DNA from: a bacterium | Lineage (GTDB): Bacteria > RBG-13-61-14 > DATKZS01 | Length of the DNA stretch: 64,000 nt | Assembly: GCA_963674965.2 (NCBI GenBank) | Contig: CAXXFL010000006.1 | Span: 576,001 to 640,000, forward strand | Reading direction: 5' to 3' | Shown here: one piece after another, positions 49,360 to 58,017 of the stretch | Numbering within the stretch: position 1 is the stretch's first letter | Layout of the letters: each line of letters begins with the position of its first letter | Notes under the pieces: generated by a model | Databases searched by the model: none | What the model was told of the DNA's origin: nothing | What the model saw: the letters and a program-made list of their open reading frames with translations, nothing else | Translations under genes and position numbers: made by a program

Positions 49360-49869
49360 GAAAATCCCCCTTGGAGCCAAAATCCAATTCATCCGTCTTT
49401 TCGCGCCACATTGCCGGACCCGCCGGGTCCTTAGCCGCTCCTGACTATCAGGTCCATTTCTCTGACCGGTAGGTTAAAGCGGTAAATCGACGCGTCTCTT
49501 CACAAGGCATATCTAAAATTCCGATATGGCCGATCGTTCATATCTCGCCATGGAGAAGTCACGTTTTGAAGATAATCAAATCCCATCAGGATAATAGATG
49601 TAAGAATTTCCGAGATTCCCCGCGATATCAGAAAGAAAATTACGATCGTGCCGGGTCCCCGGCTTTCCCAATTGCTTTTAAGATAGAGGATTCGGCGGTT
49701 TTAATCAAGTTAATAAGAGGTTAAAAATAGCGGTTTGTCAAGAATCGTACCCATCGGGAGTGGCATGCCGAACAAGTTTGCAGCCTGGAATCGATCCTTG
49801 AACCGATCATCGTTGACTTGCCAATCGTAAAATTGTATATTCACGGTGATCAATCAGCGAGGTGACTGA

Positions 49870-51156
49870 ATGAAAAAGACATTTTTTATTTTTGCGGCTT
49901 TATTTATCATGCTTTTCGCGCCATCTTCGGGCCAGGTGAAAGACGAGCCGGTCCCCCCTCCCTCGAACATGGACGAGTTGAAAAAGATGATGGAAATCAC
50001 CTATGACCAGAACGTCCTTCCTCAGGGGGCCTCGGCCGACACCCTCGAGCGTCTTCTCGAGAAGGGGCAGGTCGTACTTATGATCGACGATCCCCCCGGC
50101 GGCATCGCCTGGATGGCGGTGGCGGGCATATTGATAAACGCCCCGGTCGAGACCTCTTTTGGCGTGGCCACGGGCTTCAAGGATTACCCCGACGTGGTCC
50201 CCATGACGGCCAAGGCCGAGGCCGTGCCCATCGACACCATAGAAAACCTCTATCGGGTGGATTTCACCATCGAGCTTCTATTCAGTTGGCTTAAGGTGGA
50301 CTATTCGGTTTACCATTATCATCGTCCTCCTTTTCGCACCGACTGGTGTCACGCGGCGGGAGAGTTCGATATCAACTCCGGGTTCTGGCAGTTCATTCCC
50401 ACCAGCGACGGCAAGAGCACGATGGCCTTTTATTCGGTTTACTCCGAGCCTCGAATGGCAACGGTCAAGGCCATGTATCGCGACGAGCCGGCCCTCGAGC
50501 TCATGACCAACGTGGCCACGGCGACCATGGTGACCAGGGCGGTCAAGGATGAGGCCGAAAAAAGGAATGGAAAGAGCGCGAGCAAAAGGAAGAACTCGGA
50601 CAGCGTGGAAAAGATATTGACCGACGACCCGGCCACGCTGGGCCTGATGGCGGAAAAAGGCAAGATTCTGGTATTGGAAGACGGGCCCACCGTTTACATT
50701 ACGGCCGTTTCCGTGGTGGACCAAAGTCCCGAGAAAGCTTATGAAACCGTGGTAGACTTCGATAAATACACGGAGTTTCTGCCCGGCGTCAAGCAGGCAA
50801 GGGTGACGGGAAAAAGCGATAAGGGAATCACCGCCTACCAGGAGGTAACCATCAGACTATGGAAATTCGATTTCCGTTCAGAAAGCGAGAGGCTCTACGA
50901 GATCGAGCCAAATTCCTCGGTCAGATGGACCATCGAGCGGGAAAATGGGGGCCCCGTTCCCGGCTTCTGGAGCTTCACTCCCCTTGAGGGAGGAAAATGC
51001 CTCATGGTAAACGGGACCACCGAGGACCTCCGGGCCATGGGATTCATTCCCAAGACGGCCCTTAAGATGCAGCCCACTTTGGAGTACGGTCTGCTTGGCG
51101 CCATGGTAACGGCGGGAATCGATGCTTTCAAGGCGCGGATCGAGGGAAATAAATAG
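49870..51156 (+). CDS. Exported protein with tandem SRPBCC/START (polyketide cyclase-like) domains
   Basis: Signal peptide; two modules (INAPVE...FKDYPDVVP...GFWQFIP and DQSPEK...FDKYTEFLP...GFWSFTP). Confidence 0.75.
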   Translation: MKKTFFIFAALFIMLFAPSSGQVKDEPVPPPSNMDELKKMMEITYDQNVLPQGASADTLERLLEKGQVVLMIDDPPGGIAWMAVAGILINAPVETSFGVATGFKDYPDVVPMTAKAEAVPIDTIENLYRVDFTIELLFSWLKVDYSVYHYHRPPFRTDWCHAAGEFDINSGFWQFIPTSDGKSTMAFYSVYSEPRMATVKAMYRDEPALELMTNVATATMVTRAVKDEAEKRNGKSASKRKNSDSVEKILTDDPATLGLMAEKGKILVLEDGPTVYITAVSVVDQSPEKAYETVVDFDKYTEFLPGVKQARVTGKSDKGITAYQEVTIRLWKFDFRSESERLYEIEPNSSVRWTIERENGGPVPGFWSFTPLEGGKCLMVNGTTEDLRAMGFIPKTALKMQPTLEYGLLGAMVTAGIDAFKARIEGNK

Positions 51157-51200
51157 CGCTCTACCTCATTCCCGGCACGATAATAGCTTATATAACTGGA

Positions 51201-51238
51201 CTGACAAAAATTGTCAGCGAAAGTGACGCAGATTGTCA
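51201..51238. promoter_or_regulatory. Tandem palindromic enhancer-like sites (candidate PilR/bEBP binding)
   Basis: CTGACAAAAATTGTCAG (51201-51217) and TGACGCAGATTGTCA (51224-51238), both TGAC-N7-GTCA. Confidence 0.6.
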
Positions 51239-51368
51239 TTTCAAGTTTTTTTTACCGCGCAAAAAACAGACGAGCGGAGATTTCGCAAAATTTACATTCA
51301 TTATTTTTACTTGTAATAACTGATATTTAAACTTCATATTACATTTAAAGCCAGAAAATAAAGTGATC

Positions 51369-51384
51369 GGGCACGGCGCTTGCT
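51369..51384 (+). promoter_or_regulatory. sigma54 (-24/-12) promoter of pilin
   Basis: GGGCACGGCGCTTGCT with exact GG-N10-GC spacing. Confidence 0.8.
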
Positions 51385-51540
51385 ATAAGGAAGTCACGAA
51401 ACGGGAACAAAAAACCTAGATCAATGAAAGGCACTCGAAAAGGAGGTGCTTCGACCAGGCGGGAAAATTAATTCAAGGATATTTTGAGGTGGGGTCCGTA
51501 CACCGAACAGTTTAAAAAGAAAAATTAAAAAAGGAGAATT

Positions 51541-51990
51541 ATGATGGAGAAAAAGAAAGGTTTTACGCTTATCGAGCTCATGATCGTCGTGGCGATCATC
51601 GGTATTCTCGCGGCTATCGCTATCCCGGACTTCCTTAAGTTCCAGGCGAAGGCCAAACAGTCCGAGGCCAAGACCAACCTCGGCGCCATCTTCACCACCC
51701 AGGTAGCTTACTTCGGCGAGGCCAACGAGTACGGCGGCGGCGCCGAGTGCTTCACCTATCTCCACTGGGAGCCCGAGGGGAGCGCCATGTACTCCTATTT
51801 CTGCGGTAGCCAGGAAATCGAGGCCACCAAGGGCGGAGGCGAGTGTCTTGGCGATACTCCGGCTGGTATTGACAGCGACTCCCAGTCCTTTACCGTTGGA
51901 GCTTCCGGCAACATCGATAATGACGATACGTGCGATCAGTGGACAATCAACGACGCCAAGACTCTGACGAACCTCCAGACCGACCTTTAA
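51541..51990 (+). CDS. pilA: Type IVa major pilin
   Basis: [25 protein letters not shown] prepilin cleavage/N-methylation motif; [12 protein letters not shown]-terminal GNIDND..CDQWTIN; AAGGAG RBS; own terminator. Confidence 0.92.
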   Translation: MMEKKKGFTLIELMIVVAIIGILAAIAIPDFLKFQAKAKQSEAKTNLGAIFTTQVAYFGEANEYGGGAECFTYLHWEPEGSAMYSYFCGSQEIEATKGGGECLGDTPAGIDSDSQSFTVGASGNIDNDDTCDQWTINDAKTLTNLQTDL

Positions 51991-52020
51991 TCCGACCTGA
52001 CCGGACCTTGCCCGTTAAAG

Positions 52021-52050
52021 AGGGGGGCCTTAATCGGCCTCCCTTTTTTT
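52021..52050 (+). terminator. Intrinsic terminator after pilA
   Basis: AGGGGGGCC-TTAATC-GGCCTCCCT followed by a T tract. Confidence 0.85.
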
Positions 52051-52227
52051 ACATCCCTATCGGCGGCTTCCTTTTTTCTCCCCCTTGCTTTTTCTCCTTG
52101 CCGCTCATATAATGCACTTCTCGGAAATCTTATCATTTCCATGGACATTTTTCGCCCGGGAAGGAGACGGAAATATCTTTTTCGCCGCCCGGGCGATATT
52201 ATAATCCCCAGGGAGGAATAACAAAGT

Positions 52228-54339
52228 ATGCTTTCATGGATGAGAAAAAGCGCGGGCAAGCGTTGGGTCAAGGTCATGATGGTAGTCCTGGCGGCCACCT
52301 TTTTCGCCGGCTTCGGCCTTCTGGGCTCGACCAAGGTGAAGAACTGTCTTGGCGTGGAGGACCAAAACGCCCCCGTCCCGCTCGTGATAATCGACAAGGA
52401 CCCGAGTCTGGTTGTCTCGGAAAACGAGTTCAGGAACAGGGTGAGCCAGCGGGAACAGCAGATACGCAACATGTACAGAAACAATTTCCCCGGCCAGAGC
52501 ATTCCCGACGGCGTTCTCAACGTCAACCGGATACACCGCGAGGTCATCGATCAGATGGTCCGCGAGCTCCTGGTTGAAAAGGAAGCGGAGAAACTGGGCC
52601 TCAAGGCGAGCAAGTCCGAGATACAAAACGAGATCGCGGGCATTCTGGCCAGAAACGGCCTCCAGTTCGACGGGCGGGCCTATCGTGATTTCCTAAGCCG
52701 CGTCCGCATGACCGACCAGGATTTCGAGGGCATGATCGCCCAGAACATCGTCATGGAAAAGGTCCAGGGGATAGTGGCCAGCGGCGTGACCGTTACCGAC
52801 GAGGAGGCAAGGGAGAGATACGCCTTCGAGAACGGCAAGGTCAAGCTCGACTGTATAGTAATTGACCCCGCCGTCATCGCCGCGGACGCGCTTCCCTCGG
52901 ACACGGCCGTGAAGGAATATTACGACGATAAGACCCAGGATTTCGAACTGGGAGAAACCAGGAGAGTCGAGTACGTGTCCTGGTCAGTGAAGGATATAAT
53001 GGATGAAATCCAGGTATCGGGCGATCAGGTCGAAGAATACTATGAGGGGAGCAAGGAAAGGTACATGATCAAGCCTCCCCTGGCCAGGGCGCGGCATATC
53101 ATCATCCAGGTGGACAAAATGGCGCCGGAAAACGACGTCGAGGCCGCCAGGATAAGGATCGAGGAAATCAAGAAGAAGGCCGACGAGCCCGGCGCGGACT
53201 TCGCCGAGTTGGCCAAACAGTTCTCCGAGGGACCCACCAAGGATAATGGAGGAGACCTGGGATGGTTTACCAAGGGCGATTACAGCGGACGCTTCAAGGA
53301 CGAGGAAGGAAATTCCTATTCCGCCATGGTTTCTGAGTTCGAGGAGGCGTCCTTCTCCCTCGAGCCCGGACAGATATCCGAGCCTTTCAGGTCCGACTTC
53401 GGGTTCCATATAGTCAAGCTGGAAGAGAAGAAAGACCCCCAATACATGGGGCTTGACCTGGTAAAGGACGAGGTGGCCGAAAGCGTGAAACACACCCTTG
53501 CCCTTTCCGCTTTGAACGAGAGGGCCCAGAGCTTCATGGCCATGGTCAAGGACCCGAGCCTGGCGGAGCCGGTCCCGGGCGACTCGGCGGACGCGGCCGA
53601 CGGAGACACGGCGGCCAAAGAGGAGGCCCCTCCCTCGGGCGACGATGACCCGTTCTTAAAGGCCGCCTCCCTGCAGGGCAAAGAGGTCAAGACCTCCAAC
53701 TGGTTCCAGGCCTTCGACGACGGCATATTCGGACTCGCGGACAGTAAAGCCATTATCGAGCCCGCCTTCAAACTCGAGGAAGGCCAGGTCTCCGAGCCGA
53801 TTTCGGGCGTGGACCACGTGTATATAGTCAGGGCCATAGACTTTAAATCCGAGCGGCAAGGCTCGCTCGAGGAAGTGCGGGACAGGATAGTAAAAATACT
53901 CAAGCCGCCGGTGGAGGTTGAAAAAACCATGGAGACGGCCTCCGGGTACGTCCAGGCCCTGAAAAAAGGCGAACTGGAGAAATCGGCGCTATTGGAGAAG
54001 GACGGCGTCGAGTTGGTCGAGGTGGACTTTACTCCCCGGGCGGAGCTTTTCATCGAGGGAGTCGGCTACTCGGATACCCTGATGAAGGAAGTGGGTCTCA
54101 TGTCGGAGTCGAGTCCCTGGCCGGAGGACCCGGTCGAGGTCGGCGGCAAGGTCGTGATCGCTCACCTTCTCGCTACCGAGCCGGCGGACATGAGCGAGTT
54201 CGCCGAGCGGGAGGAAGCGTTCAAATCCCAGATGCTTATGATGAAGCGAAAGGAAACCATCGAGTCCTGGCTGGACAACATGGCCAAAGGCGGGGTCGAA
54301 TACACCGACAAGCTGCGGGAAATTTCCAAGGCCTTCTGA
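52228..54339 (+). CDS. ppiD: PpiD-like periplasmic chaperone/parvulin PPIase
   Basis: N-terminal TM, SurA-N-like region, ARHII...FAELAKQFSEGP...GGDLGWF...SDFGFHIVK. Confidence 0.85.
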   Translation: MLSWMRKSAGKRWVKVMMVVLAATFFAGFGLLGSTKVKNCLGVEDQNAPVPLVIIDKDPSLVVSENEFRNRVSQREQQIRNMYRNNFPGQSIPDGVLNVNRIHREVIDQMVRELLVEKEAEKLGLKASKSEIQNEIAGILARNGLQFDGRAYRDFLSRVRMTDQDFEGMIAQNIVMEKVQGIVASGVTVTDEEARERYAFENGKVKLDCIVIDPAVIAADALPSDTAVKEYYDDKTQDFELGETRRVEYVSWSVKDIMDEIQVSGDQVEEYYEGSKERYMIKPPLARARHIIIQVDKMAPENDVEAARIRIEEIKKKADEPGADFAELAKQFSEGPTKDNGGDLGWFTKGDYSGRFKDEEGNSYSAMVSEFEEASFSLEPGQISEPFRSDFGFHIVKLEEKKDPQYMGLDLVKDEVAESVKHTLALSALNERAQSFMAMVKDPSLAEPVPGDSADAADGDTAAKEEAPPSGDDDPFLKAASLQGKEVKTSNWFQAFDDGIFGLADSKAIIEPAFKLEEGQVSEPISGVDHVYIVRAIDFKSERQGSLEEVRDRIVKILKPPVEVEKTMETASGYVQALKKGELEKSALLEKDGVELVEVDFTPRAELFIEGVGYSDTLMKEVGLMSESSPWPEDPVEVGGKVVIAHLLATEPADMSEFAEREEAFKSQMLMMKRKETIESWLDNMAKGGVEYTDKLREISKAF

Positions 54340-54498
54340 GTAAGCTTTGAATACTGAGACCGCTTTCAGGCCATGGAACAAATCGTCCCGGAACGCTCAT
54401 TATGGTTCCCGTTGATGATACCAATATTCCCAATATGCTTTCGCGTGGTATGATGCCTTGTATGTATGGCCGCGCGAAAGCAATGCGAGCAAGGCGCC

Positions 54499-55617
54499 AT
54501 GAGCAGGATCGACCTGTTATTTAAAACCGCGGCCGGGGCTTTTCGACCCCGTCATATTCAGTATCTAATCCTGTTCGTCACCTCCAAATGCAACGCGCGC
54601 TGTAAAATGTGCTTTAACTGGCGCGCTCTCGACGGACCTTCCTCCTCGCCCGATCTAGAGTTGGACGAAATCCGCCGCCTGAGCCGGTCCGTGCCCGACC
54701 TTATTCAACTGACCCTGTCCGGAGGAGAGCCTTTCCTCCGCGACGACCTGGTCCAGATCGTCGAGGCCTTTCACAATAACACCGGCGTAAGCCAGGTGAC
54801 CCTGCCCACGAACGGCGTCCTGACCGAGCGGATATCCGAGGCGGTGGAGACCATACTCGACCGTTTCCCCCGCCTGGCCGTTAACCTGGACCTAAGCGTT
54901 GACGGCGTCGGCCCGGAACACGACGATATAAGGGGGAGGCCCGGGACCTACGAAAAAGTTATCGAGACCTACCTGGCGGCGGCCGAGATCAGAAAAAGAA
55001 GGCCGGCGCTTCGGCTGGGCATGTCGGCGGTGCTATCCAGCTTTAACCGCGATAGGATACTGGATACCCTGGACGAGATGGCCAATAAGTTCTCTTTCGA
55101 CCGGCACGAGGTAATGCTGGCCAGGGGCTCGACGAGAGACCCGGCCGCGACGGCGGTCCCGATCGAGGTCTATGAAAAGGCCCACCGCTGGATCAAGGAG
55201 CATGACCGGGCGGGAAGCGGCTCACCTTTCGGACGACTCAACTACCAGTTGGCGCTTATGATGCGGGAGAAACTGGCCCGAACGGTCCGGGAAAAACGCA
55301 TGGTACTGCCCTGCCTGGCCGGGTCCAAGCTGGCGGTCGTCGAGGCCGACGGTACCGCTCGTCCCTGCGAGATACTCCACGTGCTCTACCCCGAGGGAAG
55401 GCCCGATCTTGGCCTTGCCGACTTCGAACTGGGCAACGTAAGGGACAACGACTACGACCTGGCCCGGATAGCCGGGTCCGACAAGACCCGCCTCGTAACC
55501 GACTTCATCCGGGATTCCCGCTGCTACTGCACCTTCGAGTGCGCCCTCTTCAACTCGATCGTCTTCAATCCCCGCCAATGGCCCGAGTTGGCCGCGCGGG
55601 TTATTCTCAACCCTTGA
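54499..55617 (+). CDS. Radical SAM protein with SPASM/twitch-like C-terminus
   Basis: CNARCKMC, SGGEPFLR, SVDG, C-terminal CLAG...DG...PCE...CYCTFEC. Confidence 0.9.
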   Translation: MSRIDLLFKTAAGAFRPRHIQYLILFVTSKCNARCKMCFNWRALDGPSSSPDLELDEIRRLSRSVPDLIQLTLSGGEPFLRDDLVQIVEAFHNNTGVSQVTLPTNGVLTERISEAVETILDRFPRLAVNLDLSVDGVGPEHDDIRGRPGTYEKVIETYLAAAEIRKRRPALRLGMSAVLSSFNRDRILDTLDEMANKFSFDRHEVMLARGSTRDPAATAVPIEVYEKAHRWIKEHDRAGSGSPFGRLNYQLALMMREKLARTVREKRMVLPCLAGSKLAVVEADGTARPCEILHVLYPEGRPDLGLADFELGNVRDNDYDLARIAGSDKTRLVTDFIRDSRCYCTFECALFNSIVFNPRQWPELAARVILNP

Positions 55618-55815
55618 ATCAAAAAACCGATTTAAAGGAAAACGAGCTTTCCAACCACAATTTTCACTCAACAAGCCGTCGTTGAATTCTCTTCCCCCGC
55701 CGGCCGAAAAATGCTATGCTTATCCAGTTGACTGAAAAATGGCTCCTGCTCAATAAGACAAGGGGTTGGTCTATAGGAAAAAGGCGTCCAAGCACGATGT
55801 ACAGGGAGAATCGAC

Positions 55816-56340
55816 ATGAGCGGCGACGAAGGGGCGATGAGGGATTCAAGGTCCGCGTTGCGCGGCAAGACCAATGAGGAGCTTCTCTCGATCATGTCGG
55901 GACTAACGGAAGCGGAATCCGACCTCGAGGAGGAAATCCGAGATATTTTCATCGAGAGAAAAGTCGTCTTTCCGACCGATAAGCCCTCCGTTCAAAACCC
56001 AGGTCCAGGCCGGCCCGGATACTCCATCGCGGCGACCATTGGCGTCGCCGCTATAAACCTTCTATTTTGCGGCCCCCTTACGATGGTCATTATCTTCAAG
56101 GTGGCGTCTTCCTATATTCCCAGTGGAGGAGATTTCGTCGGTGCAGTACCCGCGTTGCTGGTAAGCTTTCCCGCCACCCTTCTTACTCTTACGCTCTCGA
56201 ACCTGGCCCTGTTTATTTATTCGAGAAAACGAATGAAGCTTTATAAGTTCGGCGGCGGTTTTTTAATCGCGGCCTGGATATGGGGACTGCTTCTGATCAT
56301 ATTCCTTATAAAATTCATTTCGATGCTCCCGTCTCGATGA
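55816..56340 (+). CDS. Hypothetical membrane protein (about 3 TM)
   Basis: GGAG RBS; hydrophobic C-terminal segments. Confidence 0.65.
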   Translation: MSGDEGAMRDSRSALRGKTNEELLSIMSGLTEAESDLEEEIRDIFIERKVVFPTDKPSVQNPGPGRPGYSIAATIGVAAINLLFCGPLTMVIIFKVASSYIPSGGDFVGAVPALLVSFPATLLTLTLSNLALFIYSRKRMKLYKFGGGFLIAAWIWGLLLIIFLIKFISMLPSR

Positions 56341-56580
56341 GGCTTAGGCTTAGCCGGGTGATTGATATTTCCGGCTTGGAGCCGTCTTTTTATCCCACCT
56401 TATTTCCTCCGTCCATCCCGGCCCCCCCCCCCCAAAAAATATTCTTCGCCAAGGTAAGTCTTTGTTAACATTACATAAACGCGATTTCACCGCGCTCCTC
56501 TTGACAACTTTTTACTCGTGCTTATTTTTTAATTGGGCGATGGAAAAGCCCGAAGAAAGTTTAATCAGGAGGTGTCAGGT

Positions 56581-56991
56581 ATGAACTGGAACGTGTTCGA
56601 CGCGTGGGACGATCCCTTTGGATGGACTGGCTCGGTTGCCCGACGCTCCAGGTTGTCCGGCGCGGGTTTTCCGCGACTTAACGTTCACGGCAACGAGGAA
56701 GAGCTTCTCGTTGTAGGTGAAATACCCGGGCTGAACTCGGACGATCTGGACATAACGGTCAAAGGCCGGAGCCTGACCTTGAAGGGGTCCAGGAAAATCG
56801 TGGAGCTTGGGGAGGACGAAAACTACTCTCATCGGGAAAGGACGGGCGGCGAGTTCAGCCGGGCCCTTACCCTTCCTTTCGAGGTGGACCCGGACAAGGT
56901 CTCGGCCAACTATGAGAACGGTACGCTTTCCATTCACCTTCCCAGGACGGAGAAAGACAAGCCCCGCAAGATCGAGGTAAAGGTCGCCTGA
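56581..56991 (+). CDS. Hsp20/alpha-crystallin small heat shock protein
   Basis: ATG after AGGAGG; FPRLNV, EIPGL, ERTGGEFSR, YENGTL, PRKIEV. Confidence 0.93.
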   Translation: MNWNVFDAWDDPFGWTGSVARRSRLSGAGFPRLNVHGNEEELLVVGEIPGLNSDDLDITVKGRSLTLKGSRKIVELGEDENYSHRERTGGEFSRALTLPFEVDPDKVSANYENGTLSIHLPRTEKDKPRKIEVKVA

Positions 56992-57025
56992 AGAGGGCGC
57001 GGGAATAATAAGGGGAGGATCGATC

Positions 57026-57385
57026 ATGAGCAATCACGATAAAGAAGTCGAGAAAATGGTATTCGTCCCTAAGGTGGACGTAATCGAGGGCAAAAACAAC
57101 TTCACTCTCAGGGCCGACTTGCCGGGAGTGGTATCTGAGGACGTGGATGTAAACCTTACCGGCGACCTTCTGACCATCGCGGCCAAGGTCAAGGAGTACG
57201 AAGCTCGCGGCCTGCCCATGCTCTACGGTGAGTTTGTAACGGGCGATTACGAGGTTTCCTTCAAGGTCTCGAACAAAGTGGACAAGGAAAAGATCGAGGC
57301 CGAGTTGAAGGACGGGGTGCTGACTCTGACCATGCCCAAGGCGGCGGAGGTCAAGCCGAGGCAAATAAAGGTAAAGGCGGCGTAA
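57026..57385 (+). CDS. Hsp20 small heat shock protein
   Basis: PKVDVIE, ADLPGV, LKDGVLTL, PRQIKV. Confidence 0.93.
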   Translation: MSNHDKEVEKMVFVPKVDVIEGKNNFTLRADLPGVVSEDVDVNLTGDLLTIAAKVKEYEARGLPMLYGEFVTGDYEVSFKVSNKVDKEKIEAELKDGVLTLTMPKAAEVKPRQIKVKAA

Positions 57386-57420
57386 GCCGTCGGGACAATA
57401 GCTGAAAGGAGGTGTCCTAA

Positions 57421-57912
57421 ATGAGCTTTCGTGACATAGTGCCCTGGCGCGGGCTTAAAAAGAACGATAGTCTTTCCAGGAGAGACGAGTATGAGGACGC
57501 TTTCCTGGGCCTGCAAAAACACGTGAACGATCTGTTCGACAATTTCTTCTCGGGCTCCGGTTTTGGTATCGAGCCGCTGATGGGGAGGACGTTCACTCCC
57601 AAGGTGGACGTGGTCGAGACCGATGAGGCCATCATGGTCAAAGCCGAGCTTCCCGGGATGGACGAGAAGGAAATCGACGTAAGCGTGAATGACGACTCTC
57701 TCGTTCTCAAGGGCGAGAAGAAGGAAGAAAAGGAAGAGAAGAAAGGCGGGTTCCACCGCGTGGAAAGAAGCTATGGCTCCTTCTACAGGCGGATCGCCAT
57801 CCCGGCCGAGGTGGACGCGGAAAAAGTCGAGGCCTCCTATAAGAACGGAGTGCTCACCGTAAACCTCCCGAAGACCGGGACCGGGACCACCAAAAAGATC
57901 AAATTGAACTGA
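57421..57912 (+). CDS. Hsp20 small heat shock protein
   Basis: PKVDVVE, AELPGM, ERSYGSFYR, YKNGVLTV. Confidence 0.95.
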   Translation: MSFRDIVPWRGLKKNDSLSRRDEYEDAFLGLQKHVNDLFDNFFSGSGFGIEPLMGRTFTPKVDVVETDEAIMVKAELPGMDEKEIDVSVNDDSLVLKGEKKEEKEEKKGGFHRVERSYGSFYRRIAIPAEVDAEKVEASYKNGVLTVNLPKTGTGTTKKIKLN

Positions 57913-57923
57913 CGCTCGAGAAA

Positions 57924-57986
57924 AGGGGGCGGCCCATATTAACGCCGCCCCCTGCCCTATGGTGGCAAGCCGATCGGGCTTGCCGC
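57924..57986. terminator. Two hairpins between convergent genes
   Basis: AGGGGGCGGC...GCCGCCCCCT (57924-57953, T tract on minus strand) and GGCAAGCC...GGCTTGCC (57964-57984). Confidence 0.6.
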
Positions 57987-58017
57987 TAAACGCCCTTTAA
58001 CTTTAAACTTGATTTCA

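Noticed and set aside
49395-49560. Riboswitch in the leader of the giant protease gene
   Set aside because: Some hairpin potential but no recognisable aptamer consensus.
51541-51990. Geobacter-type short electrically conductive pilin
   Set aside because: Mature pilin is about 140 aa with a Cys-containing head; no split pilA-C gene follows.
54340-55815. RiPP cluster around the radical SAM/SPASM-like gene
   Set aside because: No convincing precursor peptide, RRE, peptidase or transporter adjacent.
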